From an uncultured Clostridium sp. (lineage in GTDB: Bacteria; Bacillota; Clostridia; TANB77; CAG-508), in the NCBI GenBank assembly GCA_900556135.1, contig USNR01000006.1:2458-42457 (forward strand): 40,000 nucleotides of DNA. Reading direction: 5' to 3'. Of this stretch, positions 9,159-18,598 are shown one piece after another. The notes beneath the pieces are model-generated. The model did not search any database. It was not told where the DNA came from and was given only the letters and a program-made list of their open reading frames with translations. The position numbers were made by a program, and so were the translations under genes. The first letter of the stretch is position 1; the number at the start of each line of letters is the position of its first letter.

Positions 9159-10379
9159 TTAAATATATAAAATAGCTCTAAATCCAACATCTTTAGATGT
9201 ATCAGTGGTATTTACTGTATAAGTCATATTATCCTCACCTCTAAATGATGTAAAATAGTCTGTTTTAGAAAATCTTCCTCCTCTATTAACTCCTCCATTT
9301 AAAATGTTATTTCCAATTCTCCAAGCACATACCTCTGTTGTCCATTCTCCCAAGTTGCCTGCCATATCATTTATTTTACATTGCTCATCACCAATTGTTC
9401 CTGTATTTGTTAAGTTGGTATTTTTAGTAGTCCTCATAGAATAATCATTTGCATTTGAACATTCTTGTATATATACTATTGCAGTATCCCATGCATAGCT
9501 ATTTGTTAAATAGCTATTTATTTCTACATATATGTTTTTACATGCAGATATCGCACCTGTCTGATTAATATAATTCCATAATGTTCCTTTTTTTAGTTTC
9601 TCTGTTGTATTGCTATTATCTGCACTAATTCTTGAATTTGCTTTTCCACCTGTTCCATAGCTTGCTTCATATCTTGCTATATAATATCCACCATTAGTTA
9701 CAGCACTAATCTTGAAAGTATCAACTTCATCACCATTTTCTGTTGCACACCAATATGGAGATATACCATTTTGTACATAATCGTAAGAATAAATTGCATC
9801 ATATGTGCATAAGACTTTTTCTCCTGTGCTGTTGAATGCATATCTAGCTAACTGTATCTCTTTACCATTTGATAATGTTCCATTATCCGAATATGGGGTT
9901 GTAGCATCTCCATTAGTATCCTTTGTTACAGGTACCCATACATATTGATTGCCTCTTCCATTAAAGATATCATCATCTTCGATTACAACTCCCTCTATAA
10001 CACTTGAGCCACTATCTTCCGCAACTTTAAATCCCTTTGGAATAACAACCGTATCTCCATTTTTATCTTTTACTGTTTTATTTTCTTCAACATAATTACC
10101 TGCACTTTTTATTTTTCCAAACTCAGATTTATCAATTCCTAAAATTTTATCCATATCATTATCAACTGTATCTAGTTGTTCTTGTTCATTCGCACTTGCA
10201 TTTGCATATTTTTCCTTTCCCTCTTGAGCCTTTTTTATTATTCCATTATTATCTAGCACTAGCCTTATACTTATTCCTGCCAAGATTAATAATACAACAA
10301 TTGTTATTACAAGTGCCACCAATGTTATACCTGATTGTTTATTTCCTTTCTTTAAAATTTTTCCTTTGTTATTTTCCAT
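9159..10379 (-). CDS. Pilin-like N-terminal anchor protein with a C-terminal FGE-sulfatase (SUMF1/C-type-lectin-fold) domain
   Basis: The N-terminus KKGNKQSG-ITLVALVITIVVLLILAGISI resembles a class III (prepilin) signal but lacks Phe+1 and Glu+5. The C-terminal half has YYIARYEAS, DMAGNLGEWT, RGG and VGFRAI, motifs typical of FGE-sulfatase-domain proteins. A strong RBS (AAGGAGGA) is present. Confidence 0.7.
   Translation of the reverse strand: MENNKGKILKKGNKQSGITLVALVITIVVLLILAGISIRLVLDNNGIIKKAQEGKEKYANASANEQEQLDTVDNDMDKILGIDKSEFGKIKSAGNYVEENKTVKDKNGDTVVIPKGFKVAEDSGSSVIEGVVIEDDDIFNGRGNQYVWVPVTKDTNGDATTPYSDNGTLSNGKEIQLARYAFNSTGEKVLCTYDAIYSYDYVQNGISPYWCATENGDEVDTFKISAVTNGGYYIARYEASYGTGGKANSRISADNSNTTEKLKKGTLWNYINQTGAISACKNIYVEINSYLTNSYAWDTAIVYIQECSNANDYSMRTTKNTNLTNTGTIGDEQCKINDMAGNLGEWTTEVCAWRIGNNILNGGVNRGGRFSKTDYFTSFRGEDNMTYTVNTTDTSKDVGFRAILYI
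10206..10361 (-). repeat. Copy 1 of the shared pilin-like N-terminal module (paralogous to 35122..35277)
   Basis: By my count, 45 of 52 aligned residues are identical between KILKKGNKQSGITLVALVITIVVLLILAGISIRLVLDNNGIIKKAQEGKEKY and KIFKKGSKQSGITLVALVVTVVILLILAGISIRLVLDNNGIIKKSEEGKEKY. Confidence 0.85.
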
Positions 10380-10609
10380 AACGTCTTCCTCCTTAATTTT
10401 TATTTTTTTGTATGCTTAATATCTAATTCAATTAACATTTTATAATAAGATGTTATTTTTTACAATACTTTTTTTCATTTATCCCACCTCATTTTTTACA
10501 AAATTAATTCAATTTTTATCAATAAATAAATTCTTTAGATTTAATGAGAAAACTGTAGAAAATTGAAGAATTTTGAAACATATGGAAGAATAATCGTTAG
10601 AATCTGAAA

Positions 10610-10638
10610 TTGACAGGTCCTAGCTTGTTTCCTATAAT
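10610..10638 (+). promoter_or_regulatory. Consensus sigma-70 promoter (TTGACA-17-TATAAT) with no downstream CDS
   Basis: ttgaca at 10610-10615, a spacer of exactly 17 nt, and tataat at 10633-10638. Confidence 0.5.
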
Positions 10639-10644
10639 ATAGAC

Positions 10645-10745
10645 ACTCATCTCTTTAAATATATATTTTATATAAGAAATTTCAACATGATTTTCTTATA
10701 TAAAAAAATAGGACTAGGTATAACCCATGTCCTATTTCTTAACTC
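10645..10745 (+). ncRNA. Candidate small RNA (about 100 nt) driven by the consensus promoter
   Basis: Two hairpins follow the promoter. One is a perfect 12-bp stem, ttatataagaaa/tttcttatataa. The other is aataggac/gtcctatt followed by TCTT, which is also the rplS terminator on the opposite strand. There is no RBS-preceded ORF. Confidence 0.25.
10700..10736 (-). terminator. Rho-independent terminator of the rplS operon
   Basis: On the minus strand the stem aataggac...gtcctatt is followed by TTTTTTTA, about 80 nt downstream of the rplS stop. Confidence 0.75.
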
Positions 10746-10815
10746 ATCTGTAAAATTGATTGTTTATTATAGACTACTAAATAAAACTATATAAAAATAA
10801 ATTATTTAATACTTA

Positions 10816-11346
10816 TTATTTATTTTCGTCTTTAACTTCTTCTACTTTTTCTTCTTTTACAGTATCTGTAACTTCTTCAACTACTGGTGTAGCTGTTTCT
10901 ACTGCTGGAGCTTCTACTGGTTCTTCTGCAATTGCTTCAGCCTCAGCAACTGGCTCTTCAACTAAATCTTCTTTAACACTTACATATTTAGTCTCTATTT
11001 TTGCTCCTACATCTTCCTTAGTCTTAGCAGCTTTACCTACTCTATCTCTTAGGTAATATAGTTTAGCTCTTCTTGCTTTACCCTTTCTAACTACTTCAAC
11101 TTTTTCTACTAATGGTGAATGAATTAAGAATGTTTTTTCAACTCCAACACCATAAGCAACTCTTCTTACTGTAAATGTGGCATTAACGCTACCACCTTGC
11201 TTTTTAATAATAATTCCTTCGAATACTTGGATTCTTTCTCTGTTTCCTTCTTTAATTCTTTGATGTACTCTTACTGTATCACCAACTTTTAAATCAGGAA
11301 TTTTATTTTTTAATTGTTCATGTTCAATTGATTTTATGATATCCAT
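10816..11346 (-). CDS. rplS: 50S ribosomal protein L19 with an unusual ~60-aa acidic C-terminal extension
   Basis: The L19 core runs [32 protein letters not shown]...[17 protein letters not shown]. The protein then continues [47 protein letters not shown]. An RBS (AAGGAGA) is present. Confidence 0.9.
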   Translation of the reverse strand: MDIIKSIEHEQLKNKIPDLKVGDTVRVHQRIKEGNRERIQVFEGIIIKKQGGSVNATFTVRRVAYGVGVEKTFLIHSPLVEKVEVVRKGKARRAKLYYLRDRVGKAAKTKEDVGAKIETKYVSVKEDLVEEPVAEAEAIAEEPVEAPAVETATPVVEEVTDTVKEEKVEEVKDENK

Positions 11347-11368
11347 TTATATTCTCCTTTCTTTAAAT

Positions 11369-12085
11369 TTATTTTATATTTTTTTCACTTTCCAGATACT
11401 TCTTTGCTTTTTCTAATTCTTCATCACTCAGAAGTTCTGGTCTTTTTTTGAATGTATTTAATATAGAACTTTTTGTTCTCCATTCTTTTATTTTTTTATG
11501 ATTACCAGATTTTAAAACCTCTGGCACTTCTCTATTTTGAAAACTTTCTGGTCTTGTATATTGTGAATATTCTAGCAAACCATTTGAGAAAGACTCCTCA
11601 TCTGTTGAATTTTGACTTAAAACTCCTTCGACATATCTACTAACACTATCTACTAAAACCATTGCTGGTAATTCGCCTCCTGTTAGTACATAATCTCCTA
11701 TTGAAATTTCCTCATCCACAATTTCGTCCAAAACTCTTTGATCTATTCCTTCATAATGACCACATAGTAGTATTAAGTTTTCCTCTTGTGCTAATTCTTT
11801 TACTTTTTCTTGATTTAATTTTTTGCCTTGTGGCGATAAGTATATAACTTTTGAATTGCTTTCTGCTACGGATTTATAAGCATCATATACAACATCAGCC
11901 CTCATAACCATTCCTGCTCCTCCACCATAAGGAGTATCATCTACTTTTTTGTGCTTATCTTTAGAAAAATCTCTAATATTTACTAAATTTATATCTATAA
12001 GATTTTCCTTAGACGCTCGTTCGATTATACTATGTTTCAGTGGTTCAAACATTTCTGGAAACAATGTTAATATTGTAAACTTCAT
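11369..12085 (-). CDS. trmD: tRNA (guanine37-N1)-methyltransferase TrmD
   Basis: It has DDTPYGGGAGMVM and CGHYEGIDQR motifs and sits in the conserved position between rimM and rplS. Confidence 0.92.
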   Translation of the reverse strand: MKFTILTLFPEMFEPLKHSIIERASKENLIDINLVNIRDFSKDKHKKVDDTPYGGGAGMVMRADVVYDAYKSVAESNSKVIYLSPQGKKLNQEKVKELAQEENLILLCGHYEGIDQRVLDEIVDEEISIGDYVLTGGELPAMVLVDSVSRYVEGVLSQNSTDEESFSNGLLEYSQYTRPESFQNREVPEVLKSGNHKKIKEWRTKSSILNTFKKRPELLSDEELEKAKKYLESEKNIK

Positions 12086-12155
12086 AAAACTCCTTTCGAA
12101 GTTTAGAGTGTTAATAAATCAAGTTATCTAGATTCACTCTTACTTCTATTTGTAC

Positions 12156-12662
12156 TTAAAGTAATCCTTCTATTATATGAACTATAATTTTTTCATTTTT
12201 TAAATCAATTTCTTTTAACACTTCTGGAATAGATGGTAATAATACCTGTTTTCCCATTTCATCTTTTACAACATAAATGTCGCTACTTCCACTATTATAA
12301 ATATCATCAACTTTTCCTAACAGTTTTCCCTCATCTGTGTAGACTGGAAGTCCTAACAAATCAGCTATAAAGTATGTGTCTTTTGGAAGCTTCTTAGCAT
12401 GTTTTCTGTCTATTTTTAAATAACAGTTTATATACTTTTCTGCTTCTTCGATGGTATTTATACCTTTAAATTTTATAATCACCATGTTTTTATGATAATT
12501 AACTTGTTCTATTTGAAATAGTTGTAATTCGTTTTTCTTTTCTATATAAACTTCATTTAGTTCTTCAAATCTTTCTACATCATCTGTAAAAGGAACAACT
12601 TTTACTTGACCCTTTATCCCAAATGTATTTACAATTTGACCAACTTCAAAATATTCAACCAT
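12156..12662 (-). CDS. rimM: Ribosome maturation factor RimM
   Basis: The N-terminus is VGQIVNTFGIKGQVKV, a C-terminal PRC-barrel-like region is present, and the operon position is conserved. Confidence 0.88.
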   Translation of the reverse strand: MVEYFEVGQIVNTFGIKGQVKVVPFTDDVERFEELNEVYIEKKNELQLFQIEQVNYHKNMVIIKFKGINTIEEAEKYINCYLKIDRKHAKKLPKDTYFIADLLGLPVYTDEGKLLGKVDDIYNSGSSDIYVVKDEMGKQVLLPSIPEVLKEIDLKNEKIIVHIIEGLL

Positions 12663-12895
12663 TATTCTTCCTCAAATATAACTCCTACATTTTTTTGTTC
12701 GTTAGATGTAACTGACTTCATTATTGTTCTAATTGCTTTTGCAACTTTGCCTTGTTTTCCTATAACCTTGCCCATATCGCTTTGAGCAACTTTTACTTTT
12801 AAAAGTATTCCTTTTTCGTCGTCTATTCTTGTTACTTTAACTTCTTCTTTGTTTTCAACAAGATTTTCTATAATTGTTTTTAAAATTTCTTCCAT
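12662..12895 (-). CDS. KH-domain RNA-binding protein (YlqC family)
   Basis: It has the KH GXXG motif VIGKQGKVAKAIRTI, is 77 aa long, and sits between rpsP and rimM. Confidence 0.85.
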   Translation of the reverse strand: MEEILKTIIENLVENKEEVKVTRIDDEKGILLKVKVAQSDMGKVIGKQGKVAKAIRTIMKSVTSNEQKNVGVIFEEE

Positions 12896-12921
12896 TTTTC
12901 TGCCCTTCTTTATTTGCTAAA

Positions 12922-13155
12922 TTATTTTGCTTTTTCTATTAAAGCCTTTACTGTATCTGTTGGTTTTGCACCATTTTTAATCCAGTATTCAACTTTTTCC
13001 TTATCTAAATTTATTGTAGCTGGATCTGTCATAGGATCATATGTTCCTATTTTTTCTACTATTCTTCCATCTCTTGGTGATCTTGAATCAGCAACTACGA
13101 TGTGATAGAATGGAGCTTTTTTTGCACCTTGTCTTTGTAATCTTATTTTTACCAT
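12922..13155 (-). CDS. rpsP: 30S ribosomal protein S16
   Basis: The sequence reads [32 protein letters not shown] moved the start to 13155, the ATG that lies 8 nt after AGGAGG. Confidence 0.92.
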   Translation of the reverse strand: MVKIRLQRQGAKKAPFYHIVVADSRSPRDGRIVEKIGTYDPMTDPATINLDKEKVEYWIKNGAKPTDTVKALIEKAK

Positions 13156-13283
13156 GTATTTCACCTCCTGAAAATTTATCGCTAGACACTAAATTTAAAT
13201 TCAATTTATTTTCTAACTTTGTATATATAATATTCTAGGCTATTTTTATAGCTTCAAATAATAATATCAGTATAATACTACTT

Positions 13284-14639
13284 TTACATTAATTTTTTTA
13301 AATCCTTAGGATCCATATTCTTCATTTGGCTCATCATCTTTTTCATTGACTTGTTATCTTTCATTTTCTTCATCATTTTTTGTGTCATTTCAAAAGATTG
13401 CATAAATTTATTTATTTCTTGTACTGATGTTCCACTACCTTTTGCAATACGGATTCTTCTATTTGCATTTAAAAGTTTTGGATGTCTTCTTTCTTGGTCT
13501 GTCATAGAACAAATAATTGCTTCTATTCTAACAAATTCTTTCTCATCAACCTTTAAATCTTTTATATCAGCCATTCCTGGTATCATCTTTAATATTGATG
13601 AAAAAGATCCCATCTTTTTTACTTGTCTTAATTGTGCTAAATAGTCATTTAAATCAAATTCCTTTTTAGCCAATTGCTTTGTTAGCTTTTCTGCTTCTTC
13701 TGCATCAAAAGCCTCCTCAGCTTTTTCTATAATTGAAAGTACATCACCCATTCCAAGAATTCTTGATGCCATTCTATCTGGATGAAATACTTCTAATTCG
13801 CTTAATTTTTCTCCAACACCTGCAAACTTTATTGGTTTGCCTGTTACCTTTTTTACTGATAAAGCTGCACCACCACGAGTATCACCATCTAATTTTGTTA
13901 GGATTACTCCATCAATTCCAAGTGCATCGTTAAATCCTGTTGCAACATTTACAGCTTCTTGACCAGTCATTGCATCAACTACAAGCAATATTTCATGTGG
14001 ATGTACACTTGACTTTACATTTTTTAATTCATTCATTAATTCTTCATCAATTTGAAGTCGTCCTGCTGTATCTAATATTATAACATCATTCAATTTGCTC
14101 ATTGCAATGCTTATAGCTTGTTTTGCAATATGTACAACATCTTTTGAATTTTCATTAGCGTAAACTGGTATTCCTAGCTGACCTCCAACAACTTGTAACT
14201 GTTTTATAGCAGCTGGTCTATAAACATCGCATGCAACAAGTAATGGTTTCTTTCCTTGTTTTCTTAATAGGTTTGCAAGTTTTCCTGCTGTTGTTGTTTT
14301 ACCAGAACCTTGTAATCCTACTAGCATTATAATTGTTGGTGGATTCGGACTAAGATTAATTCTACTTTCAGTTCCACCTAATAATTCAACTAATTCATCT
14401 TTAACAATTTTTACTACTTGTTGTCCTGGTGTTAAAGACTTTAAAACGTCTTGCCCTAATGCTTTTTCTTGGATTGTACTAATAAACTCTTTTACAATTT
14501 TATAGTTAACGTCAGCTTCTAGTAATGCAAGTTTTACTTCTCTTAGCATATCTTTCAAATCTGACTCTGTAATTCTCGTTTTTCCTCTTAGTTTTTTTGT
14601 AAATTCTTGTAGTTTAGAAGATAATCCCTCAAAAGCCAT
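13284..14639 (-). CDS. ffh: Signal recognition particle protein Ffh
   Basis: GTPase motifs GLQGSGKTTT, DTAGR and TKLDGD are present, with a Met-rich M domain at the C-terminus. The start is set at the ATG at 14639 after AAAGGTGG; the track starts at a GTG 9 nt upstream. Confidence 0.93.
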   Translation of the reverse strand: MAFEGLSSKLQEFTKKLRGKTRITESDLKDMLREVKLALLEADVNYKIVKEFISTIQEKALGQDVLKSLTPGQQVVKIVKDELVELLGGTESRINLSPNPPTIIMLVGLQGSGKTTTAGKLANLLRKQGKKPLLVACDVYRPAAIKQLQVVGGQLGIPVYANENSKDVVHIAKQAISIAMSKLNDVIILDTAGRLQIDEELMNELKNVKSSVHPHEILLVVDAMTGQEAVNVATGFNDALGIDGVILTKLDGDTRGGAALSVKKVTGKPIKFAGVGEKLSELEVFHPDRMASRILGMGDVLSIIEKAEEAFDAEEAEKLTKQLAKKEFDLNDYLAQLRQVKKMGSFSSILKMIPGMADIKDLKVDEKEFVRIEAIICSMTDQERRHPKLLNANRRIRIAKGSGTSVQEINKFMQSFEMTQKMMKKMKDNKSMKKMMSQMKNMDPKDLKKLM

Positions 14640-14720
14640 ATTAGCCACCTTTCTCTATTTCAAATTATTACTTTTATAATAATTCTAGTATACATTTTTG
14701 TTAAATTAATTCAATGTTTA

Positions 14721-15077
14721 TTAGTTTTGTGAAAATGTAAGTAGTTCTTTTCTTACACTATTTAAAATCTTTTCCACTTTTTTGTCTGACGATTCATCAT
14801 TGATTTTACTTAATTCTGAAATTATATTTTGAATCTGTCTTTCTTGATTTAATGTTTTTTTCATAATTCCTAACTTCTTCTCATATTCTAGAAGTTTGCT
14901 TTCCCCTTTCTTTACTATATCATTCACGGCTTGCCTAGTAATATTATAATTTTCGGCAATTTCAGTTAAAGATAAGTCGCAATTAGCATAGTCGTTTAAT
15001 ATATTAAGCTGTTTCTTTGTAAGTAACGCTCCATAAATCTCGCATAACATTCCAATTTCAACCTTCTTTTCCATCAA
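14721..15077 (-). CDS. ylxM: YlxM/UPF0122 putative DNA-binding protein
   Basis: It has the HTH region LSLTEIAENYNITRQAVNDIVKKG and the conserved position immediately upstream of ffh. Confidence 0.85.
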   Translation of the reverse strand: MMEKKVEIGMLCEIYGALLTKKQLNILNDYANCDLSLTEIAENYNITRQAVNDIVKKGESKLLEYEKKLGIMKKTLNQERQIQNIISELSKINDESSDKKVEKILNSVRKELLTFSQN

Positions 15078-15119
15078 AGCACCCTTTCTAAAGTAATTTT
15101 CCTTTTGTAATGCTTATAT

Positions 15120-15148
15120 ACTTTACAACATTTTTTACAATTTGTCAA
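15120..15148 (-). promoter_or_regulatory. Possible promoter of the ylxM-ffh operon
   Basis: On the minus strand: TTGACA, a 17-nt spacer, then TAAAGT. Confidence 0.35.
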
Positions 15149-15165
15149 GTGTTTTTACTTTATGT

Positions 15166-16512
15166 TTAGAATATTTCACATATAATATCGTAATCTCTAG
15201 CATCTATAATCTTACATTTTACGAACTTGCCGACAAGATTCTCACAAACATTTTTATCTTTAATATGAATATAAGCTAGTCCATCTATTTCTGGAACGTC
15301 CATATAACTTCTTCCAAAATAGTATTTTTTATCTTGAGTAGTCCCTTCTACTAATACCTCTATTTCTTTTCCAATTTTTTTCTGTTCATTCTCTTTAGAC
15401 ACTTCTTGTTGTAATTTCATCAGTTTATTATATCTTTTCTTTTTGGTCATAAGATGTATTTGATTTTGCATTCTTGCTGCGGGTGTACCTTCTTCTTTTG
15501 AATAAGTAAATGTTCCCAATTTATCAAATTTTTCTTCTTTCACAAAATCACACAACTCATTAAAGTCTTCCTCAGTTTCCCCTGGGAATCCTACCATTAA
15601 TGTTGTTCTTATTATTACATCTGGTATTTCTATTCTCAATTTATGTACAATATTTCTTATGCTTGCTCCATTGCTTTGTCTATTCATTTTCTTCAAAACC
15701 GAATCCGATATATGTTGAATTGGTATGTCAAAATATTTGCAAATTTTTTCTTCACTTTTTACTACTTCAATAAGCTCGTCTGTAATTGTTTCTGGATATG
15801 TATATAAAAATCTCAACCATTTTAATCCCTTTATTTTTGTTAACTCTTTTAAAAGCTTTGCTAATTCTGGCTTTCCATATATATCTATTCCATATTTTGA
15901 TGTATCTTGAGCTATTAGAATAATTTCCTGTATTCCTGTCTCTACTAGTTTTTCTGTTTCTTTAACAATATCTTCTATTGGCCTACTTTCAAACTTTCCT
16001 CTTATATATGGAATAGCACAATATGTGCATCTGTTATCACATCCCTCTGCAATTCTAACATATGCATATTGCTTTCCTGTTGTTATAACCCTGTTATCAA
16101 AATCCAAACTTTGAGTCATCTCTACTGGTTTATTTTCTATTTTTGAAAATACCTCTTCAAAGATATTATTATTTTTTTCTTTATTTGTAGCATATTCGCT
16201 ATATTTAATAAAAATATCAACTTCAGGTATTGCTTTTTCTAACTCGTCTTTGTATCTTTCCACTAAGCAACCTGTTGCAATTAATACTTTACAGTTACCA
16301 TATTTAGGATCTTTATATTTTGCCATTTCCAATATTGTATTTATCGCTTCTTCTTTAGCTGATTCTATAAATCCACATGTATTTATTACTATTACATCTG
16401 CTTTTTTAGCATCATTTACAACTTCATACTTTCTATCTTTAAAAAGTCCTATCATCATCTCTGTATCTACTAAATTTTTACTACACCCTAATGATATAAA
16501 TCCTACTTTCAT
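15166..16512 (-). CDS. rimO: Ribosomal protein S12 methylthiotransferase RimO
   Basis: The N-terminus is MKVGFISLGCSKNLVDTE. The radical-SAM cysteine motif CDNRCTYC and a C-terminal TRAM-like domain are present. Confidence 0.88.
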   Translation of the reverse strand: MKVGFISLGCSKNLVDTEMMIGLFKDRKYEVVNDAKKADVIVINTCGFIESAKEEAINTILEMAKYKDPKYGNCKVLIATGCLVERYKDELEKAIPEVDIFIKYSEYATNKEKNNNIFEEVFSKIENKPVEMTQSLDFDNRVITTGKQYAYVRIAEGCDNRCTYCAIPYIRGKFESRPIEDIVKETEKLVETGIQEIILIAQDTSKYGIDIYGKPELAKLLKELTKIKGLKWLRFLYTYPETITDELIEVVKSEEKICKYFDIPIQHISDSVLKKMNRQSNGASIRNIVHKLRIEIPDVIIRTTLMVGFPGETEEDFNELCDFVKEEKFDKLGTFTYSKEEGTPAARMQNQIHLMTKKKRYNKLMKLQQEVSKENEQKKIGKEIEVLVEGTTQDKKYYFGRSYMDVPEIDGLAYIHIKDKNVCENLVGKFVKCKIIDARDYDIICEIF

Positions 16513-16548
16513 ATATTATCTCCTTTATTTCTACTTTCAGCTAATCCA

Positions 16549-17838
16549 TTAATTATTAGATTTAATTATTTTGTTTAACCATTCTATTTTATTTATCAAT
16601 TTGGTATATGTCTTTTTAGAAATCTTAGATTGATTGCCATTAGCATAATCAATCGCCAATCCTTTCATATCAACTAATTCAAATCTATTTTCCACTTTTT
16701 TTCCATTGTCTAAGACATATATTGGTGTATAATCCACCTTCTTTAACTCAGCCTTATCTGAATCTGCTTCCTTAGTTATTTCTATGTTTAATATCAATTC
16801 TACATCTGCATTTTCATATTTCAATGACGAAATATAATTTCCCAAAGAATATGCTACTAAAACATTTTTTCCATCTGCATTCTGCAAAATCTCCATAGGT
16901 TCTATTACTGAAGGGTGAGAACCTAAAATTGCATCAGCTCCGTTTTCTACAAGAAAGTCTTTTACTTGTTTTTGCCAAGAACTTATGCTACTATCATTTA
17001 CCTCTCCCCAATGCATTATAACTAGTATATAATTTGAATTTTCTTTTGCATATTTTAAATCTTCCATTACTCTTTCTTCTGAATATAAGTTTACTTTCGA
17101 TTTTTCCTCTTCAGACAAATCTGCGCTATTACTCAATCCATATGTATATCCTAAAACTGCAACTTTTATGCCTTTAACCTCTTTTATAATTCCTGTAAAA
17201 TTCGTCTCTTCATTCTCATTTTTGTTTCCAGTAATATCCATTCCGGCTTCTTGTATTTTACTTATCGTTTCTTCCAATCCTTCTTCTTTGTAGTCCAACG
17301 AATGGTTATGAGCAACAGATATCATATTTATTCCAGATTTTTTTACGGCTTGTAAAAATTCTATTGGGCTATTATATTTTCCAATTTCTGAATAATCACT
17401 ACTGCTTATAAAATTCGTTTCTAACGTTCCTACCGATATGTCTGATCTGTTTACAAATTTTGTAATTTTCTCAAACATATGTGTAAAATCATATGTATCT
17501 CCTTGTTTAGCATCTTCTATCATATCAGCTCCACATAATATATCTCCAACCGCTGAAATTTTAGCTGTTGTCGTTCCTCCATTGACTGCCTCTGGTGTAG
17601 CGGGTGTGGCTAATGCAGTAAATATTTCTTGAGTTTGATTTTCCAACTCTTGTTTTTGTTTTGCCAATAGTTCTTTATCTTTATATTGTTTGTATCCCAA
17701 TATGCCTATTGCTATTATAATGATTACAATAAGGGCCGTAGAAATTATTATAAAGTTTCTATTTGTAATAAATTCCGTTATATTTTTATTATTTCTAACA
17801 TTTCTTCTGTTTCTCATATTTCTTGTTCCTCTCTTCAT
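16549..17838 (-). CDS. CapA-family (PGA_cap metallophosphatase-like) protein with an N-terminal membrane anchor
   Basis: It begins with an Arg/Asn-rich tail and one TM helix. Recognised motifs are AVGDILCG, VAHNHSLDY, MHWGEVN and GSHPSVIEP. Confidence 0.75.
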   Translation of the reverse strand: MKRGTRNMRNRRNVRNNKNITEFITNRNFIIISTALIVIIIIAIGILGYKQYKDKELLAKQKQELENQTQEIFTALATPATPEAVNGGTTTAKISAVGDILCGADMIEDAKQGDTYDFTHMFEKITKFVNRSDISVGTLETNFISSSDYSEIGKYNSPIEFLQAVKKSGINMISVAHNHSLDYKEEGLEETISKIQEAGMDITGNKNENEETNFTGIIKEVKGIKVAVLGYTYGLSNSADLSEEEKSKVNLYSEERVMEDLKYAKENSNYILVIMHWGEVNDSSISSWQKQVKDFLVENGADAILGSHPSVIEPMEILQNADGKNVLVAYSLGNYISSLKYENADVELILNIEITKEADSDKAELKKVDYTPIYVLDNGKKVENRFELVDMKGLAIDYANGNQSKISKKTYTKLINKIEWLNKIIKSNN

Positions 17839-17879
17839 ACTTTTCTACTTAATAAATTTCGCTTAATATTTTATAAAAA

Positions 17880-18581
17880 TTACCATTCTATTTCATCTAT
17901 TGATTTAGGATTTTGATTAATTATTATATCTTCTGATTTTCCATTTTTAAAATGTATTATTTTGTCTGCCATAGGAGCTATTGCTGTGTTATGAGTTATT
18001 ATTATTACTGTCATATTTTCTTTCCTACATGTATCTTGTAGTAATTTTAATATTTGCTTACCAGTATTATAATCAAGTGCACCTGTTGGTTCATCACATA
18101 ATAATAACTTTGGATTCTTAGCAATCGCTCTCGCAATTGCAACTCTTTGTTGCTCCCCTCCTGATAGTTGTGAAGGAAAATTATTGCTTCTATTTTTTAG
18201 TCCAACTTTTTCTATTGTTTCTTTAGGATTTAATGGTTTCTTGCAGATTTGAGTTGCCAATTCTACGTTCTCTATAGCTGTTAAATTTTGTACTAAATTA
18301 TAAAATTGAAATACAAATCCTATATCTTCTCTTCTATAATGTGTTAATTGTCTTTCTGAGAATTTGTCAACTCTTTGTCCATCTATTATTACTTCTCCAG
18401 ATGTTACACTATCCATACCACCTAACACGTTAAGTGCTGTTGTTTTACCAGCTCCACTTGGTCCAACTATTGTTACAAGCTCCCCTTTTTTTATTTCAAA
18501 GCTTGCTCCATCCAAAGCTCTTATCTTATTTTCTCCCACAACATATTCTTTTACTACATTTCGAAATTCTATATAAGCCAT
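17880..18581 (-). CDS. ABC transporter ATP-binding protein (MacB/LolD-like)
   Basis: It has Walker [10 protein letters not shown], the ABC signature [14 protein letters not shown], and Walker B LLLCDEPT. Confidence 0.9.
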   Translation of the reverse strand: MAYIEFRNVVKEYVVGENKIRALDGASFEIKKGELVTIVGPSGAGKTTALNVLGGMDSVTSGEVIIDGQRVDKFSERQLTHYRREDIGFVFQFYNLVQNLTAIENVELATQICKKPLNPKETIEKVGLKNRSNNFPSQLSGGEQQRVAIARAIAKNPKLLLCDEPTGALDYNTGKQILKLLQDTCRKENMTVIIITHNTAIAPMADKIIHFKNGKSEDIIINQNPKSIDEIEW

Positions 18582-18598
18582 CTTATCTTCCTTTCTTT

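Noticed and set aside
9159-9420. Diversity-generating retroelement (DGR) target: the C-terminal FGE-sulfatase/C-type-lectin-fold region ending ...GGVNRGGRFSKTDYFTSFRGEDNMTYTVNTTDTSKDVGFRAILYI resembles the position of DGR variable regions.
   Set aside because: No reverse transcriptase ORF is present, and I saw no template-repeat copy of this segment anywhere in the 40 kb. The GC-rich segment at 35.4 kb shares no similarity with it. A DGR elsewhere in the genome cannot be excluded.
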